Assembly: GCA_947259195.1 (NCBI GenBank)
Contig: CAMYLC010000183.1
Coordinates: 7,807 to 71,806 of the forward strand
Length of the DNA: 64,000 nt
From: Thermoanaerobaculia bacterium
Lineage (GTDB): Bacteria; Acidobacteriota; Thermoanaerobaculia; Multivoradales; JAHEKO01
Reading direction: 5' to 3'
The position numbers and the translations under genes were made by a program. The notes below the pieces were generated by a model, which was not told the origin of the DNA, searched no databases, and saw only the letters and a program-made list of their open reading frames with translations. Below, in pieces: positions 27,582 to 36,842 of this stretch (positions are counted from its first letter, which is position 1; every line of letters begins with the position of its first letter).

Positions 27582-28159
27582 AAGACGAAGGGAGCGGTAC
27601 CGAGATCGTCGGAGCGATCGTCTCGTTGCTGCCAGGCGTGATTGGTTCCCACTCTTGAATCTGAAAGAATAGTCGAGATCGATGAAGGAAGGTTGTGATA
27701 TCCAGATTCGACTCCGCCGAGTCGTCGTCCTGGTCACCATGATCTGGATCGGTCTCGGACCGATCGTTGCTTCCAGCTCGTTTTGGCAGGCTGGGCTGGA
27801 CTGCTGCTGCGGTGGAGGAAGCGCGTGCCTTTTGTTCGGGTGCGAATGCGGAGGCCACGAGCCCACAGGTGATGGCGACAACGGCGGCATTCGATCCTCT
27901 CCTTGCCAGACCGAAGATGCCGCAGCGAGCTTCTTCGGTCGTCACCTGGGCCTGACGATGGATGAGTTAGGCCCGAGAATTATTCAGCCGACTGGGCAGA
28001 CAGCCTGCGGCGACGATTCCCTCCCAGAGTTCCACTCCAGCAGTCCCGATTCACCCCCTCCTCGCGGCGCTGACGCTCACCGAGCGTAGGCCGCACTTCA
28101 AGTCTAATCAGGATCAACTGCCGGCAGGTTCATCGGAGCCGCGGATGCGAGGAGGTGCA
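27582..28159 (+). promoter_or_regulatory. About 580-nt non-coding leader upstream of the TonB-dependent receptor. Candidate cis-regulatory RNA; unclassified.
   Basis: No credible ORF. The 135-aa ORF 27682..28089 is low-complexity and Cys/Gly-rich. No B12-box (GCCACTG) or TPP (CUGAGA) core is seen. Confidence 0.3.
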
Positions 28160-30310
28160 ATGAAGATTTCGAGGTCCGTTCGTGTCTGCTTGTCGGTAGC
28201 TCTGCCATTGACGCTGCTGTCCGATCAACCCCTCTTTGGCCAGCAGGAAACGGAATCTGCACTACCCACAGAATCTCGAAGCAAGGAAAAGGAAGCCCCG
28301 ATCGTCAGTGAAGAGATCGATGTTCTCGGCGACTGGCCGGTTGTACCCACCGTTCGGATTCTCGATCGCCAAGAGCTGCCGGCGGTTCCGCTAGGGGACG
28401 GGGCGGATCTGCTCCGCGGCGTTGCCGGTGTGACAGTCGGGCGCATGGGAGGGCACGGCCTCGAGCCACGAGTTCGCGGCCTCGGTGAGGGCAACCTGAA
28501 CATTCTCGTGGACGGTGCCTATGTCCATGGCGGTTGCCCCAATCGAATGGATCCGCCGAGCTCTTTCGCCACGCCCAATGCCTTCGACGAAGTCACCGTG
28601 ATCAAAGGTGTTCAAACCGTGCGCTTCGGTCCAGGAGGAACGGCTGGAACCGTCATCTTCCAGCGCAACACCCCACAGCTCCCGGAATCCAGGACCTGGC
28701 GGGCAGAGGTCGCCTCGTCATACGGCAGTTGGCACAAGCATCCGGAACTGGGCCTCGATGCGGTCTGGACGAGCGGCGGAGTATTCTTGCGGGCACAGGG
28801 AGGAGTGAGGAGCTTCGATAGCTACGAGGACGGCAGTGGACAGACGGTTCGCTCGGCCTTCGACAACGAACACCTCAACCTGATGCTGGGCTTTGGCAAA
28901 GCAGGGACTGGGCAGGTCGAGCTCGGAGTGGAAGCGGTTCGCACAGAAGACGCGCTTTTTGCAGGCGCAGGAATGGACTCACCCGAGGACCGCAACGACA
29001 CGTACCGGCTCAAGTTCCATCGCTCCAAACAGCTCATCGGCCTGACCGATTTCAAGGTGGACCTCTACTACGCGGGTGTCGATCACCTGATGGACAACTA
29101 CTCCCTGCGACCGCTGACAGCTCCAATGGCCACGCGTGTGCCCTCGACCTCGGACACGTTCGGTGGAACGGCCAGCGCCGATCGAATGATCTCGGAGAGT
29201 CTGGAACTGACGCTCGGTCTCGACTACCAGGAGAATGTTCGAGATGCCTTGCGCTTTGCCGGGCCGAATCCCGACTCGGTCGGAACGCTGCAATCGGTGA
29301 TGTGGCCCGATGCATCTCTCGCTCAGGGCGGGCTGTTTCTCGAAGGGCAGCAGCTCCTGGGAGAGAAATCGCGTCTGGTCTTCGGAGGCAGGGTCGACCG
29401 TTTCACGGCCAGGGCCGACAAGGCCGACGTGAAGCCTGCCGGAATGAACCGCAGTCCAAACCAACTGTTCGACTACTACTACGCCTCTCAGGCGGATCGG
29501 TGGAGCGCTTCAGAGGTTAGTGGCCTGCTGCGCTATGAGCGCTTTGTGAGGCCAGAGCTGACGTTCTTCACCGGACTCAGCCGCAGTACTCGCGCCGCTG
29601 ATACGACTGAGCGTTATCTGGGGTCCAACAACATGGCGCCATCGAAGCGCTGGGTGGGAAACCCGCAGCTGGAGGTCGCCAAGCACCATCAACTCGACGT
29701 CGGATTCGCCTTACCGGGTGTGAGGACAACTTGGAGCGTGACAGGCTTCGTCGACGAGGTCGATGATTTCATCTTGCGGGATCGGGCCCATGGCCAGGAA
29801 GGGATTTTGCGTGACGACAACGCGACGATCAATCGCAACGTCGAGGCTCGCCTCCTCGGTTTGGAGCTCGAGGGGTCGCATGGTTTCAGCGACCGGCTGG
29901 GGATCAGCGGAGTTGTCAGCGGGGTCCGCGGGGAGAATCGCTCCGACGGCCGACCGATCGCCCAGATTCCTCCCCTACAGGGCTGGCTGCAGGTGAATTA
30001 CGGCACGGAGCGCTGGGGGACGGCCGGTATGCTCAGGTGGGCGGCAAGCCAGACGCGGGTGGACGACGATCCACTGACCGGCAGCGGGCAGGACCTCGGT
30101 GAGACGGCAGGCTACGGAGTGCTCGATCTGTCGGCAAGATATCGGATTCTCCGATCACTCTCATTGATCGCGGGAGTCGACAACGTGTTCGACCGCAACT
30201 ATGCCAACCACCTCAATCGCGGCAACCTGTTCGACCCCGACCCGGTGCGAATCAACGAGCCCGGGCGTACCTTCTGGATTCGGTTGAGCTGGCTCGCAGG
30301 TGGCGACTAG
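28160..30310 (+). CDS. TonB-dependent outer-membrane receptor.
   Basis: Signal peptide, plug domain, long beta-barrel. ATG 28160 with GAGGAGG SD. Confidence 0.9.
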   Translation: MKISRSVRVCLSVALPLTLLSDQPLFGQQETESALPTESRSKEKEAPIVSEEIDVLGDWPVVPTVRILDRQELPAVPLGDGADLLRGVAGVTVGRMGGHGLEPRVRGLGEGNLNILVDGAYVHGGCPNRMDPPSSFATPNAFDEVTVIKGVQTVRFGPGGTAGTVIFQRNTPQLPESRTWRAEVASSYGSWHKHPELGLDAVWTSGGVFLRAQGGVRSFDSYEDGSGQTVRSAFDNEHLNLMLGFGKAGTGQVELGVEAVRTEDALFAGAGMDSPEDRNDTYRLKFHRSKQLIGLTDFKVDLYYAGVDHLMDNYSLRPLTAPMATRVPSTSDTFGGTASADRMISESLELTLGLDYQENVRDALRFAGPNPDSVGTLQSVMWPDASLAQGGLFLEGQQLLGEKSRLVFGGRVDRFTARADKADVKPAGMNRSPNQLFDYYYASQADRWSASEVSGLLRYERFVRPELTFFTGLSRSTRAADTTERYLGSNNMAPSKRWVGNPQLEVAKHHQLDVGFALPGVRTTWSVTGFVDEVDDFILRDRAHGQEGILRDDNATINRNVEARLLGLELEGSHGFSDRLGISGVVSGVRGENRSDGRPIAQIPPLQGWLQVNYGTERWGTAGMLRWAASQTRVDDDPLTGSGQDLGETAGYGVLDLSARYRILRSLSLIAGVDNVFDRNYANHLNRGNLFDPDPVRINEPGRTFWIRLSWLAGGD

Positions 30311-30461
30311 GCCTCCTGGTCGATTGTCGATCTGGGTGCTTCCTGTCGGTCGATCTGCTCGGCGTGAAAGATCTTATCGTTGCCCTCGAAGCGGCTGTAT
30401 AGAACCGGAGGTCCCGGAGAGCGGTCGGAGGGTCAAGGGGTGGTGATGACGGATTTCACAG

Positions 30462-31067
30462 CTACTCGCGTTCTTCCATATGGTGCTTGCGAATCGCCTG
30501 GGCCTTGGCGCCGTACATCTCGTCCCAGCGCTGCATGATCTTCTCGAGCGCTCGGTCGAGCTTCTTCTCGTTCTTGTCGGGCTTCTTCTTCGCCATGGCC
30601 GCCGTGCCGATGCCCCGCCACACGAGCTTCTTCTCTTTCGCGTCCCATGCGTCGATGATGAGGGTGCCCTCATTGAAAGAGAAGTTCTCGAGATTGCGGG
30701 TGCCGACGCCGCCATCCCAGTAGGAGCCCAGGGAAAAATCGCGTCCGTAGGTGTATTCGAGATCGCTCAAGACGAGATGCAGGTTGCCCTGGTCGGCGGT
30801 GTAGTAGGCGATATAGACGTCGGGATCGGAATCGACCTCTTTCATGCCGCCCTCGCTGATGTAGCTTCTCAGTCCATTCACCACTCGCTGGTGCAGCGTC
30901 TCGGAGAAGTTCCGCAGATCCTCCCGTGTCTCCCTGAACTGGAAGGTCCTGTACTGGCTGAAAGCGGTGGCCCGGTCGTAGTCGACGTAGACCTTCTGGG
31001 CCAGGACCGGTGTGGCCATAGTAGCGGTGATGACGACGAACAGAATGTACAAACGATGAATCTTCAT
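30462..31067 (-). CDS. DUF4136-like secreted/lipoprotein hypothetical.
   Basis: Signal peptide MKIHRLYILFVVITATMATPVLA. Conserved hypothetical. Confidence 0.65.
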   Translation of the reverse strand: MKIHRLYILFVVITATMATPVLAQKVYVDYDRATAFSQYRTFQFRETREDLRNFSETLHQRVVNGLRSYISEGGMKEVDSDPDVYIAYYTADQGNLHLVLSDLEYTYGRDFSLGSYWDGGVGTRNLENFSFNEGTLIIDAWDAKEKKLVWRGIGTAAMAKKKPDKNEKKLDRALEKIMQRWDEMYGAKAQAIRKHHMEERE

Positions 31068-31136
31068 CGGCCGATTCTATGGCATTGCGGGTAGGCAGTT
31101 CCTCAGGCTCGAGAATGCACCATCGGTTGGACCACC

Positions 31137-31412
31137 ATGGCGCAGGACTCCCGAAGGGAAGGGGGCCAGGATAGGATTCAAAACGGGCCGGCGGCCATGA
31201 ACCGGAGGCCACGATTGCGTAAGATCCTGATTCCCCTTTCGCGCAACCCCATCAGTCTGGCGGGCTCGGCGCTGATGATGATCAGCGCCATCCTCTTCGT
31301 GAGCCTGATGCTGATCGAATTCCTCGGAGCGGAGGGCAGCCCCTATCTGGGCATCATCACATACTTGATCCTGCCGGCTGGTGGTCTGCTCGGGTTCATT
31401 CTCGTCTACTGA
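31137..31412 (+). CDS. Small two-TM membrane protein (weak). It is in frame with the downstream cytochrome gene, separated only by TGA.
   Basis: Two hydrophobic helices. The ORF ends at TGA 31410..31412. 84 nt with no stop link it to ATG 31497. Confidence 0.4.
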   Translation: MAQDSRREGGQDRIQNGPAAMNRRPRLRKILIPLSRNPISLAGSALMMISAILFVSLMLIEFLGAEGSPYLGIITYLILPAGGLLGFILVY

Positions 31413-31496
31413 GGAATCCGTCGGGAGAGACGCCTTGCTCCAGAGGCCGCGTTCCCGGTCATCGATCTCAACGTCGACGCTACCCGGAAGCGTCTG

Positions 31497-32603
31497 ATGA
31501 TCCTGATTCTGGTGGTGACGGTGGGTGCTGTGATCCTCACAGCTGCGATGTCCCAGGGCGTCCATGTCATGGAGAGTACTTCCTTCTGCGGCGAGACCTG
31601 CCACAGCGTCATGTCACCGGAGTACATTGCCTACCACCGCTCGCCGCATGCTCGAGTCGCCTGTGTCGAATGCCATGTGGGTGAGGGAACCAGCTGGTTT
31701 GTCCGATCCAAGCTCAGCGGTGCGTGGCAGCTCGTCTCCACTGCCCTGGATCTCTATGAGCGTCCGATTCCAACCCCTGTTCACCACCTTCGGCCCTCCG
31801 AGGGAACCTGCGAGCAGTGTCATTGGCCGGAAAAATTCTACGGCGTCAGCCCCAAGATGATCACCAAGTTCTCCGACGACGAAGCCAACTCCGCGGTCAA
31901 GACGATTCTTCTGCTCAAAGTCGGCGGTGACGACTTTGGTGGATCCCAGGGTATCCACTGGCACATGGACGCCGAGGTCGAGATCCGATACCGGTCGGAC
32001 GAGAAGCGACGGACGATGTACGAAGTCGAGCTGCAGGCAGGTGACGACCCGGTGAAGCGATTCGTCAAGCAGACCGTGAAGGAAGACAATCCCGAGCTCA
32101 TGGACTGGCGGGTCATGGACTGTATCGACTGCCACAACCGCCCGACGCATGTTTACTACACCGCCGAGCAGGCTGTTGATCTGGCTCTCGAACGAAGCTT
32201 CATCGCCAAGGACTTGCCCTTCGTGCGTCGCGAGGGGTTGAAGGCCGTCCGCGCAGAATACGCGTCACACGACGAGGCGGCGCAAGGAATCTCCTCGGCG
32301 ATCAAGAACTTCTACCAATCCGAGTACCCGGCTCTGGCCTCGAGCCGTGCTGAGGACGTTCAAGAGGCCGGGCGGGTCCTGGGAAGGCTCTATGCCAACA
32401 ACGTCTTTCCGACCATGAAGATCGAGTGGGACACCTACCCGGACTTCAGTGGCCACTACAATTCGCTGGGGTGCAACCGCTGCCACGCCGGCGACCACGC
32501 CACCGAGGATGGAGACGTCATCGAGTCCGACTGCTCGATCTGCCACACTATCGTCGCCTGGGACGAGGCCAGCCCCGAAATCCTGGAGTTGATTCCGAAG
32601 TAG
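31497..32603 (+). CDS. NapC/NirT/NrfH-family membrane-anchored multiheme cytochrome c (six CxxCH).
   Basis: N-terminal TM helix followed by CGETCH, CVECH, CEQCH, CIDCH, CNRCH and CSICH. Confidence 0.85.
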   Translation: MILILVVTVGAVILTAAMSQGVHVMESTSFCGETCHSVMSPEYIAYHRSPHARVACVECHVGEGTSWFVRSKLSGAWQLVSTALDLYERPIPTPVHHLRPSEGTCEQCHWPEKFYGVSPKMITKFSDDEANSAVKTILLLKVGGDDFGGSQGIHWHMDAEVEIRYRSDEKRRTMYEVELQAGDDPVKRFVKQTVKEDNPELMDWRVMDCIDCHNRPTHVYYTAEQAVDLALERSFIAKDLPFVRREGLKAVRAEYASHDEAAQGISSAIKNFYQSEYPALASSRAEDVQEAGRVLGRLYANNVFPTMKIEWDTYPDFSGHYNSLGCNRCHAGDHATEDGDVIESDCSICHTIVAWDEASPEILELIPK

Positions 32604-32728
32604 AGAGCCCGAAACCGCCGTGAACCAGAGAAGGTCGGGGATAGTGGCTCGATTGTGCGATCTTCGATAGAACACCGAGGTCGACTCAGGGTATTCTTAT
32701 GCCCGCAAGAGGAGAGGGTTTTCGGAGA

Positions 32729-33793
32729 ATGAGAGTTGTCATCGGCTCGGGCGTGGCAGCGCTGATCGCGCTGGTGGGTTGTGTTTCCTACACAAACTCA
32801 CCCTCTGCGCCTATCCCAGCAGCCTCCCTCGACAGTGGCAGCCTGTCACTTCACCATCTTTCCGACTACGACCGGCAGGAGATTCCCTTCAAGAATCACT
32901 TGCTGGACGAGAAGGAGAGCTCCCTCTATCTCGTTCGGCACATTCGCTTCCCTTCCTATGGTGACAACGGCCAGGAAGGCAACTTGGTCACGGGAAGGTA
33001 CTACGAGAGCAAAAGGCCAGGGAAGAAGCCTCTGGTGATCATCGTGCCGCTCCCCGCAGGCCACACCTATCCAGCGGACAAGATGACCGCTTATCTGAAG
33101 TCCCACAGCTTGGGCGGCGTCAACGTCTTCAACATGGACGGCAAGAGAGACCTGGTGGACTGGGCGGGTCTGGCGGCAGCTCCCGATGAGGCGGCTTTCA
33201 TGGAGCGACTCGACAAGAGCGCCGAGCGGGAATGGACGACGATCATCGACGTTCGAAGGACCATCGACTGGGCAGAGGCCCGGCCCGAGGTAGATGCCGA
33301 GAACATCGGTGTGATGGGCTTCAGCCAGGGGGGCATGATCGCCGCCAGTGTGGCGGGTCAGGAGCCCCGGTTGGCAGCTACGGTGCTGGTGATGTCCGGG
33401 GCCCTGGTTCACCAGGCCATCGTTCACTGCGACCTGGCGCGAAGCGAGGGGATGAAATCGAAGGCGTTTGGGGAATTCGGCTGGTCCGAGGAAGAGCTCG
33501 AGTCACGTATCGAGAGCAGGTTCCAGGCTGCCGAGCCCGCGAGCTATCCGGGAAGAGTGGATTCCTCGAAGGTGCTGATCGTCGAGGCGGCACAGGACGA
33601 CTGCATCCCGGAGACGGCGCGCGAGGCCCTCTGGGAAACCATGGGCCGCCCAGAGAGGATCTTGCTCAACTACAGGCACAAACAGGCGTTTCTCTCGATG
33701 ACTCCGCTACGCCTCTTCTGGCTCCGACGACGGATCTGGGAGTTTCTGCAGCGCTCTCTCGATATCGATCTCCAGTCCGTGGCACCCCTCTAG
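32729..33793 (+). CDS. Alpha/beta-hydrolase (dienelactone-hydrolase-like) lipoprotein.
   Basis: Lipobox LVGC. Nucleophile elbow GFSQGG. Confidence 0.7.
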   Translation: MRVVIGSGVAALIALVGCVSYTNSPSAPIPAASLDSGSLSLHHLSDYDRQEIPFKNHLLDEKESSLYLVRHIRFPSYGDNGQEGNLVTGRYYESKRPGKKPLVIIVPLPAGHTYPADKMTAYLKSHSLGGVNVFNMDGKRDLVDWAGLAAAPDEAAFMERLDKSAEREWTTIIDVRRTIDWAEARPEVDAENIGVMGFSQGGMIAASVAGQEPRLAATVLVMSGALVHQAIVHCDLARSEGMKSKAFGEFGWSEEELESRIESRFQAAEPASYPGRVDSSKVLIVEAAQDDCIPETAREALWETMGRPERILLNYRHKQAFLSMTPLRLFWLRRRIWEFLQRSLDIDLQSVAPL

Positions 33794-33816
33794 TCCGCAC
33801 CCGACAAGGTCGGTCT

Positions 33817-34623
33817 CTAGAGAGTGTCCCGAAGGGCCTCGAATTGAAACTGATGACGCCTGGTGAAGAGGCGCAAATAGCTGAATAGGACCGCTCCCAC
33901 GGTGCCGAGGGCTGTCGCCGAGGCAATTAGGAACATGATGACGATTTGGTACTTGACGGCCTGGACCGGAGAGACTCCGGCCAGCAGTTGACCAGTCATC
34001 ATTCCGGGCAGGCTGACGATCCCGACGACCGTCATGGAATTAAGGATGGGAATCATTCCGGTGCGAGCAGCTTCGCGGATGGCCGGAAGGGCGGCCTCCC
34101 ACCGAGAGCCGCCAAGCGAGAGAAGCAACTCGACCTGATCTCTGCCCCGGGTTAGCGCGTCTGTGAAACGCTCGAGCCCCAGGGAAATTCCCGTTAGAGT
34201 GTTGCCGAGGATCATTCCCAGCAACGGAATGGCGTATTGAGGCAGGTACCAGGGCTCGACCCGCAAGATCGCGCCCAGTGCGAGCCCAGCTATCACCCAC
34301 GAGCTCACCAGGATGGAGAGAGTCGTGTCCACCCAGATGCCCGGATAGCGGTGTGTCGTGCGCCGAACGGCCGCGATGCCCGCGATGACTACCATTGCGA
34401 AGGCCAGCGCCAAAACGGGTGCCCAGTGACGCAGTGAGAACACCTGCTGGAGAACAAGCCCGACCAGCAGAAGCTGCACAGTAGTTCTGAATGATGCCAC
34501 CAGAAGGCGCTTACCGAGGCCAAGGCGCAGAGCTACCGACAGCGCTCCATTGAACAGGATCAACAGGGTCGCAAGACCGACCTGGAGGTAGGAAAGCTCG
34601 AGGTACGAAGCGGATTGGCTCAT
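33817..34623 (-). CDS. fetB: FetB/YbbM-family ABC permease (iron export).
   Basis: UPF0014/FetB-like polytopic protein. 4-nt overlap with the ATPase gene. Confidence 0.8.
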   Translation of the reverse strand: MSQSASYLELSYLQVGLATLLILFNGALSVALRLGLGKRLLVASFRTTVQLLLVGLVLQQVFSLRHWAPVLALAFAMVVIAGIAAVRRTTHRYPGIWVDTTLSILVSSWVIAGLALGAILRVEPWYLPQYAIPLLGMILGNTLTGISLGLERFTDALTRGRDQVELLLSLGGSRWEAALPAIREAARTGMIPILNSMTVVGIVSLPGMMTGQLLAGVSPVQAVKYQIVIMFLIASATALGTVGAVLFSYLRLFTRRHQFQFEALRDTL

Positions 34624-35324
34624 GCGCCCTCCTCGAGCCGTCCCCGTGCGAGGTTCAGGGTCCGGTTTGCGACGCGCGCGACTTGTTCGGGATCGTGGCT
34701 CACCCAGAGGTAGGTTCGATGCTCTGCCGCGTCCGCCTGCCAGGCCAGGACCAGCTCTTCCACGCTGGCCGCAGAGTCGCGGTCGAGTGATGCGGTGGGC
34801 TCGTCCAGGAGCAGCACGGTCGGTTGTGCAAGGAATGCTCTCAGCAAGCCGACGATCTGTCGTTCTCCCCCCGAGAGGTTGGCCCCTTTCTTCGCGAGAA
34901 AGTCGTCGCCGGCTCCAAACGTGTCGAGAAGGTGCCGAGCCTCGTCGCGAGGGAAGGCAAGCTTGCTTCGTACCTGCAGCTCGAACGGAACCCTCAGATT
35001 GTCTTCGACCGTTCCTGGCATCAGTGGAGATCGTTGCTGCAGGTAGGTTATCTGGCTCCGGAAGCTCGGAACCTCAGCATCTGCAACACGGTGTCCTCTC
35101 CAGAGAACCTCGCCACTATCGACCGGGTCCAGAAGCGCCAGGGCACGCAGGATCAAGCTCTTTCCCGATCCCGTAGGACCTACCAGGGCCAGCCGATCTC
35201 CGGCTTGAAGATCGATATCGATGTCGTGGAAGAGCCAGCTATCGTCACCAGGGTGACGCCGCCCCAGGTCGCTGGCACTGAGAAGAGTGGTCTTCGATTC
35301 CGATATCACGGTCTGATGGTACAA
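34620..35324 (-). CDS. fetA: FetA/YbbL-family ABC ATPase.
   Basis: Walker A GPTGSGKS, signature LSGGERQ, Walker B LLLDEPT. TTG start. Confidence 0.8.
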   Translation of the reverse strand: MYHQTVISESKTTLLSASDLGRRHPGDDSWLFHDIDIDLQAGDRLALVGPTGSGKSLILRALALLDPVDSGEVLWRGHRVADAEVPSFRSQITYLQQRSPLMPGTVEDNLRVPFELQVRSKLAFPRDEARHLLDTFGAGDDFLAKKGANLSGGERQIVGLLRAFLAQPTVLLLDEPTASLDRDSAASVEELVLAWQADAAEHRTYLWVSHDPEQVARVANRTLNLARGRLEEGA

Positions 35325-35493
35325 AAGGAGACGGCAGGGCGCACGCGGCGCCTTTCAGCTTGACCAAGCTCCACGCTCGCGGGGTGTAACGGAATCGATA
35401 CCTCGATGGACAGTACCACTCAAGTGAAGGAACCCGCGGACACCCGACGCTTGATCTGATAACCCAGGCAGTCTGATTCGAAAGGAGGAAAAC

Positions 35494-36102
35494 TTGACCT
35501 GCCGTATTGGAGGAGTGTTGATAGCCGCAGCCCTGCTCTCGGGCGGTGCTCTGCTGAGTCAGGAAAAGGTGCCAATAAAGGAGGGACCGTACGAGCTGAA
35601 GGGTACCGAGGCCCCCGTGGCATACGTTCTTGAAACCTTCTTGAGCCTAGCCTCAGGGGCCCACGGAGGTGCTGATCATGACCCGGAGTTCTATCGGGAT
35701 TTTTGCCACGAGTACAGCATCGAATCCCGCTGGCCGTCGGCCGAGCGGCTGGGAACCGCTCACCGCAAGATCTACGAGGAGTACGCAAAGCGTCTCGACC
35801 AGGCACTGACCGATCCGGACTACAAGGACAACACCGGCCTGGATCCGAACGACTGGAAGACCGAGGCGCTCGGACGGGCGTTTGCGGAGGTGTATGAGGA
35901 CCTGCGTCGAGACGGACTCCCGTTTGCCTTTGATCGATTCGTGGCAGTGATCGAGTATCGGAACCGAGGCTCGTTCAATCGCTACAGCAGTGAACCGCTC
36001 GACGAGGATGAGCTCGAACGTTATGGGGGGTTGTTTTGGCGCGGCGCCAGGGAGGCCAGTGCCGAGGCCGCTCTCTTCTTTAGTCAGGAGGTAGAACGAT
36101 GA
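35494..36102 (+). CDS. Secreted hypothetical protein.
   Basis: TTG start with perfect SD AAAGGAGGAAAAC. Signal peptide. Confidence 0.6.
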   Translation: MTCRIGGVLIAAALLSGGALLSQEKVPIKEGPYELKGTEAPVAYVLETFLSLASGAHGGADHDPEFYRDFCHEYSIESRWPSAERLGTAHRKIYEEYAKRLDQALTDPDYKDNTGLDPNDWKTEALGRAFAEVYEDLRRDGLPFAFDRFVAVIEYRNRGSFNRYSSEPLDEDELERYGGLFWRGAREASAEAALFFSQEVER

Positions 36103-36545
36103 CGGGGACACGAGCCGTTTTCCTGTGCATGGCGACCGGGTTTCTGGTCGCGACAGCTGGCTCGGCTTTGGAATGGAACATAGAAGCTCACGTGTTTGCG
36201 ACCGAGAGACCAATCGATCACCAGTCTTCGAAGGTTCGTGGTCGCGGTACACACCGCCTGATACTCAATCAGCTCTCGCTTGCCGACCGACTCTTCCCGA
36301 TTCGCTCGAGGCTGACTACGGGTGAGCTCCTCTGGGAGGGACAGCGACTAGACGGATGCTCGACCGCTTGGGGGTGGACATACCGTGGAGTGCTCTACCA
36401 CGAGTGTCGCACTGAATACGATCAGAATCCCTGTGATGATGGCGTGTGGGCGGGGCTTTCGAAGGGAAAGCTGGAGAACCACCCTGGGGGAGGATGGAAG
36501 CTGGCGGTAACGCCGCCGAAGCTGGTGAATTGCACCTGTACGTGA
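36099..36545 (+). CDS. Secreted Cys-containing hypothetical protein.
   Basis: ATGA overlap with the upstream gene. Signal peptide. Seven Cys. Confidence 0.55.
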   Translation: MTGTRAVFLCMATGFLVATAGSALEWNIEAHVFATERPIDHQSSKVRGRGTHRLILNQLSLADRLFPIRSRLTTGELLWEGQRLDGCSTAWGWTYRGVLYHECRTEYDQNPCDDGVWAGLSKGKLENHPGGGWKLAVTPPKLVNCTCT

Positions 36546-36584
36546 AGTTTGATGGGAAGAACTGAGGGGCGCGCATGCGCGCCC

Positions 36585-36626
36585 AGAGCCGGGGTGCCGG
36601 TCCCGGGCCCCGGCTCTGATCATTTT
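36585..36626 (+). terminator. Rho-independent terminator. It is preceded by a perfect GC palindrome at 36566..36584.
   Basis: agagccgggg ... ccccggctct stem followed by gatcatttt. Upstream palindrome ggggcgcgcatgcgcgccc. Confidence 0.6.
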
Positions 36627-36660
36627 CGAGTGGGGACTGTCCCCTTTCTAGGGTCGAATA

Positions 36661-36737
36661 TGGCGCACCCGGGAGAATTCGAATCCCCAACCTCCTGATC
36701 CGTAGTCAGGTGCTCTATCCAGTTGAGCTACGGGTGC
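36661..36737 (-). tRNA. tRNA-Arg (anticodon ACG), CCA encoded.
   Basis: Manual fold: acceptor GCACCCG/CGGGTGC, D-arm GCTC..GAGC, anticodon stem CCTGA/TCAGG with loop CTACGGA, T-arm GGGGA TTCGAAT TCTCC, discriminator G plus CCA. 77 nt. Confidence 0.9.
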
Positions 36738-36807
36738 GCAAAGAACTGCGAGAGAGGGATTCTAGGGCAACCTCCCAGCCAGGGCAAGCCGCCACTGAGC
36801 CTCCACG

Positions 36808-36842
36808 CCCCTAAGCCCCCACGCCCCCTAAACCCCTAGGCC
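36808..36842 (-). repeat. G-rich (minus strand) putative G-quadruplex motif with five G-runs, immediately 3' of the prolyl oligopeptidase stop. Related to 46489..46516.
   Basis: Plus strand reads cccc taag ccccc acg ccccc taaa cccc tagg ccc. Confidence 0.5.

Noticed and set aside
27682-28089. 135-aa Cys/Gly-rich ORF upstream of the TonB receptor.
   Set aside because: Low complexity (CCCGGGSAC...), no SD, and it overlaps equally long antisense ORFs. Treated as non-coding leader.
27582-28159. Cobalamin or TPP riboswitch hypothesis for the TonB-receptor leader.
   Set aside because: No B12-box core (GCCACTG) and no TPP CUGAGA/ACCUGAUC elements are found on either strand. Left as an unclassified candidate only.
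31410-31412. Selenocysteine recoding at the in-frame TGA.
   Set aside because: No convincing SECIS-like stem-loop within about 40 nt downstream. Heme cytochromes of this family are not known selenoproteins. Kept only as a low-probability alternative.
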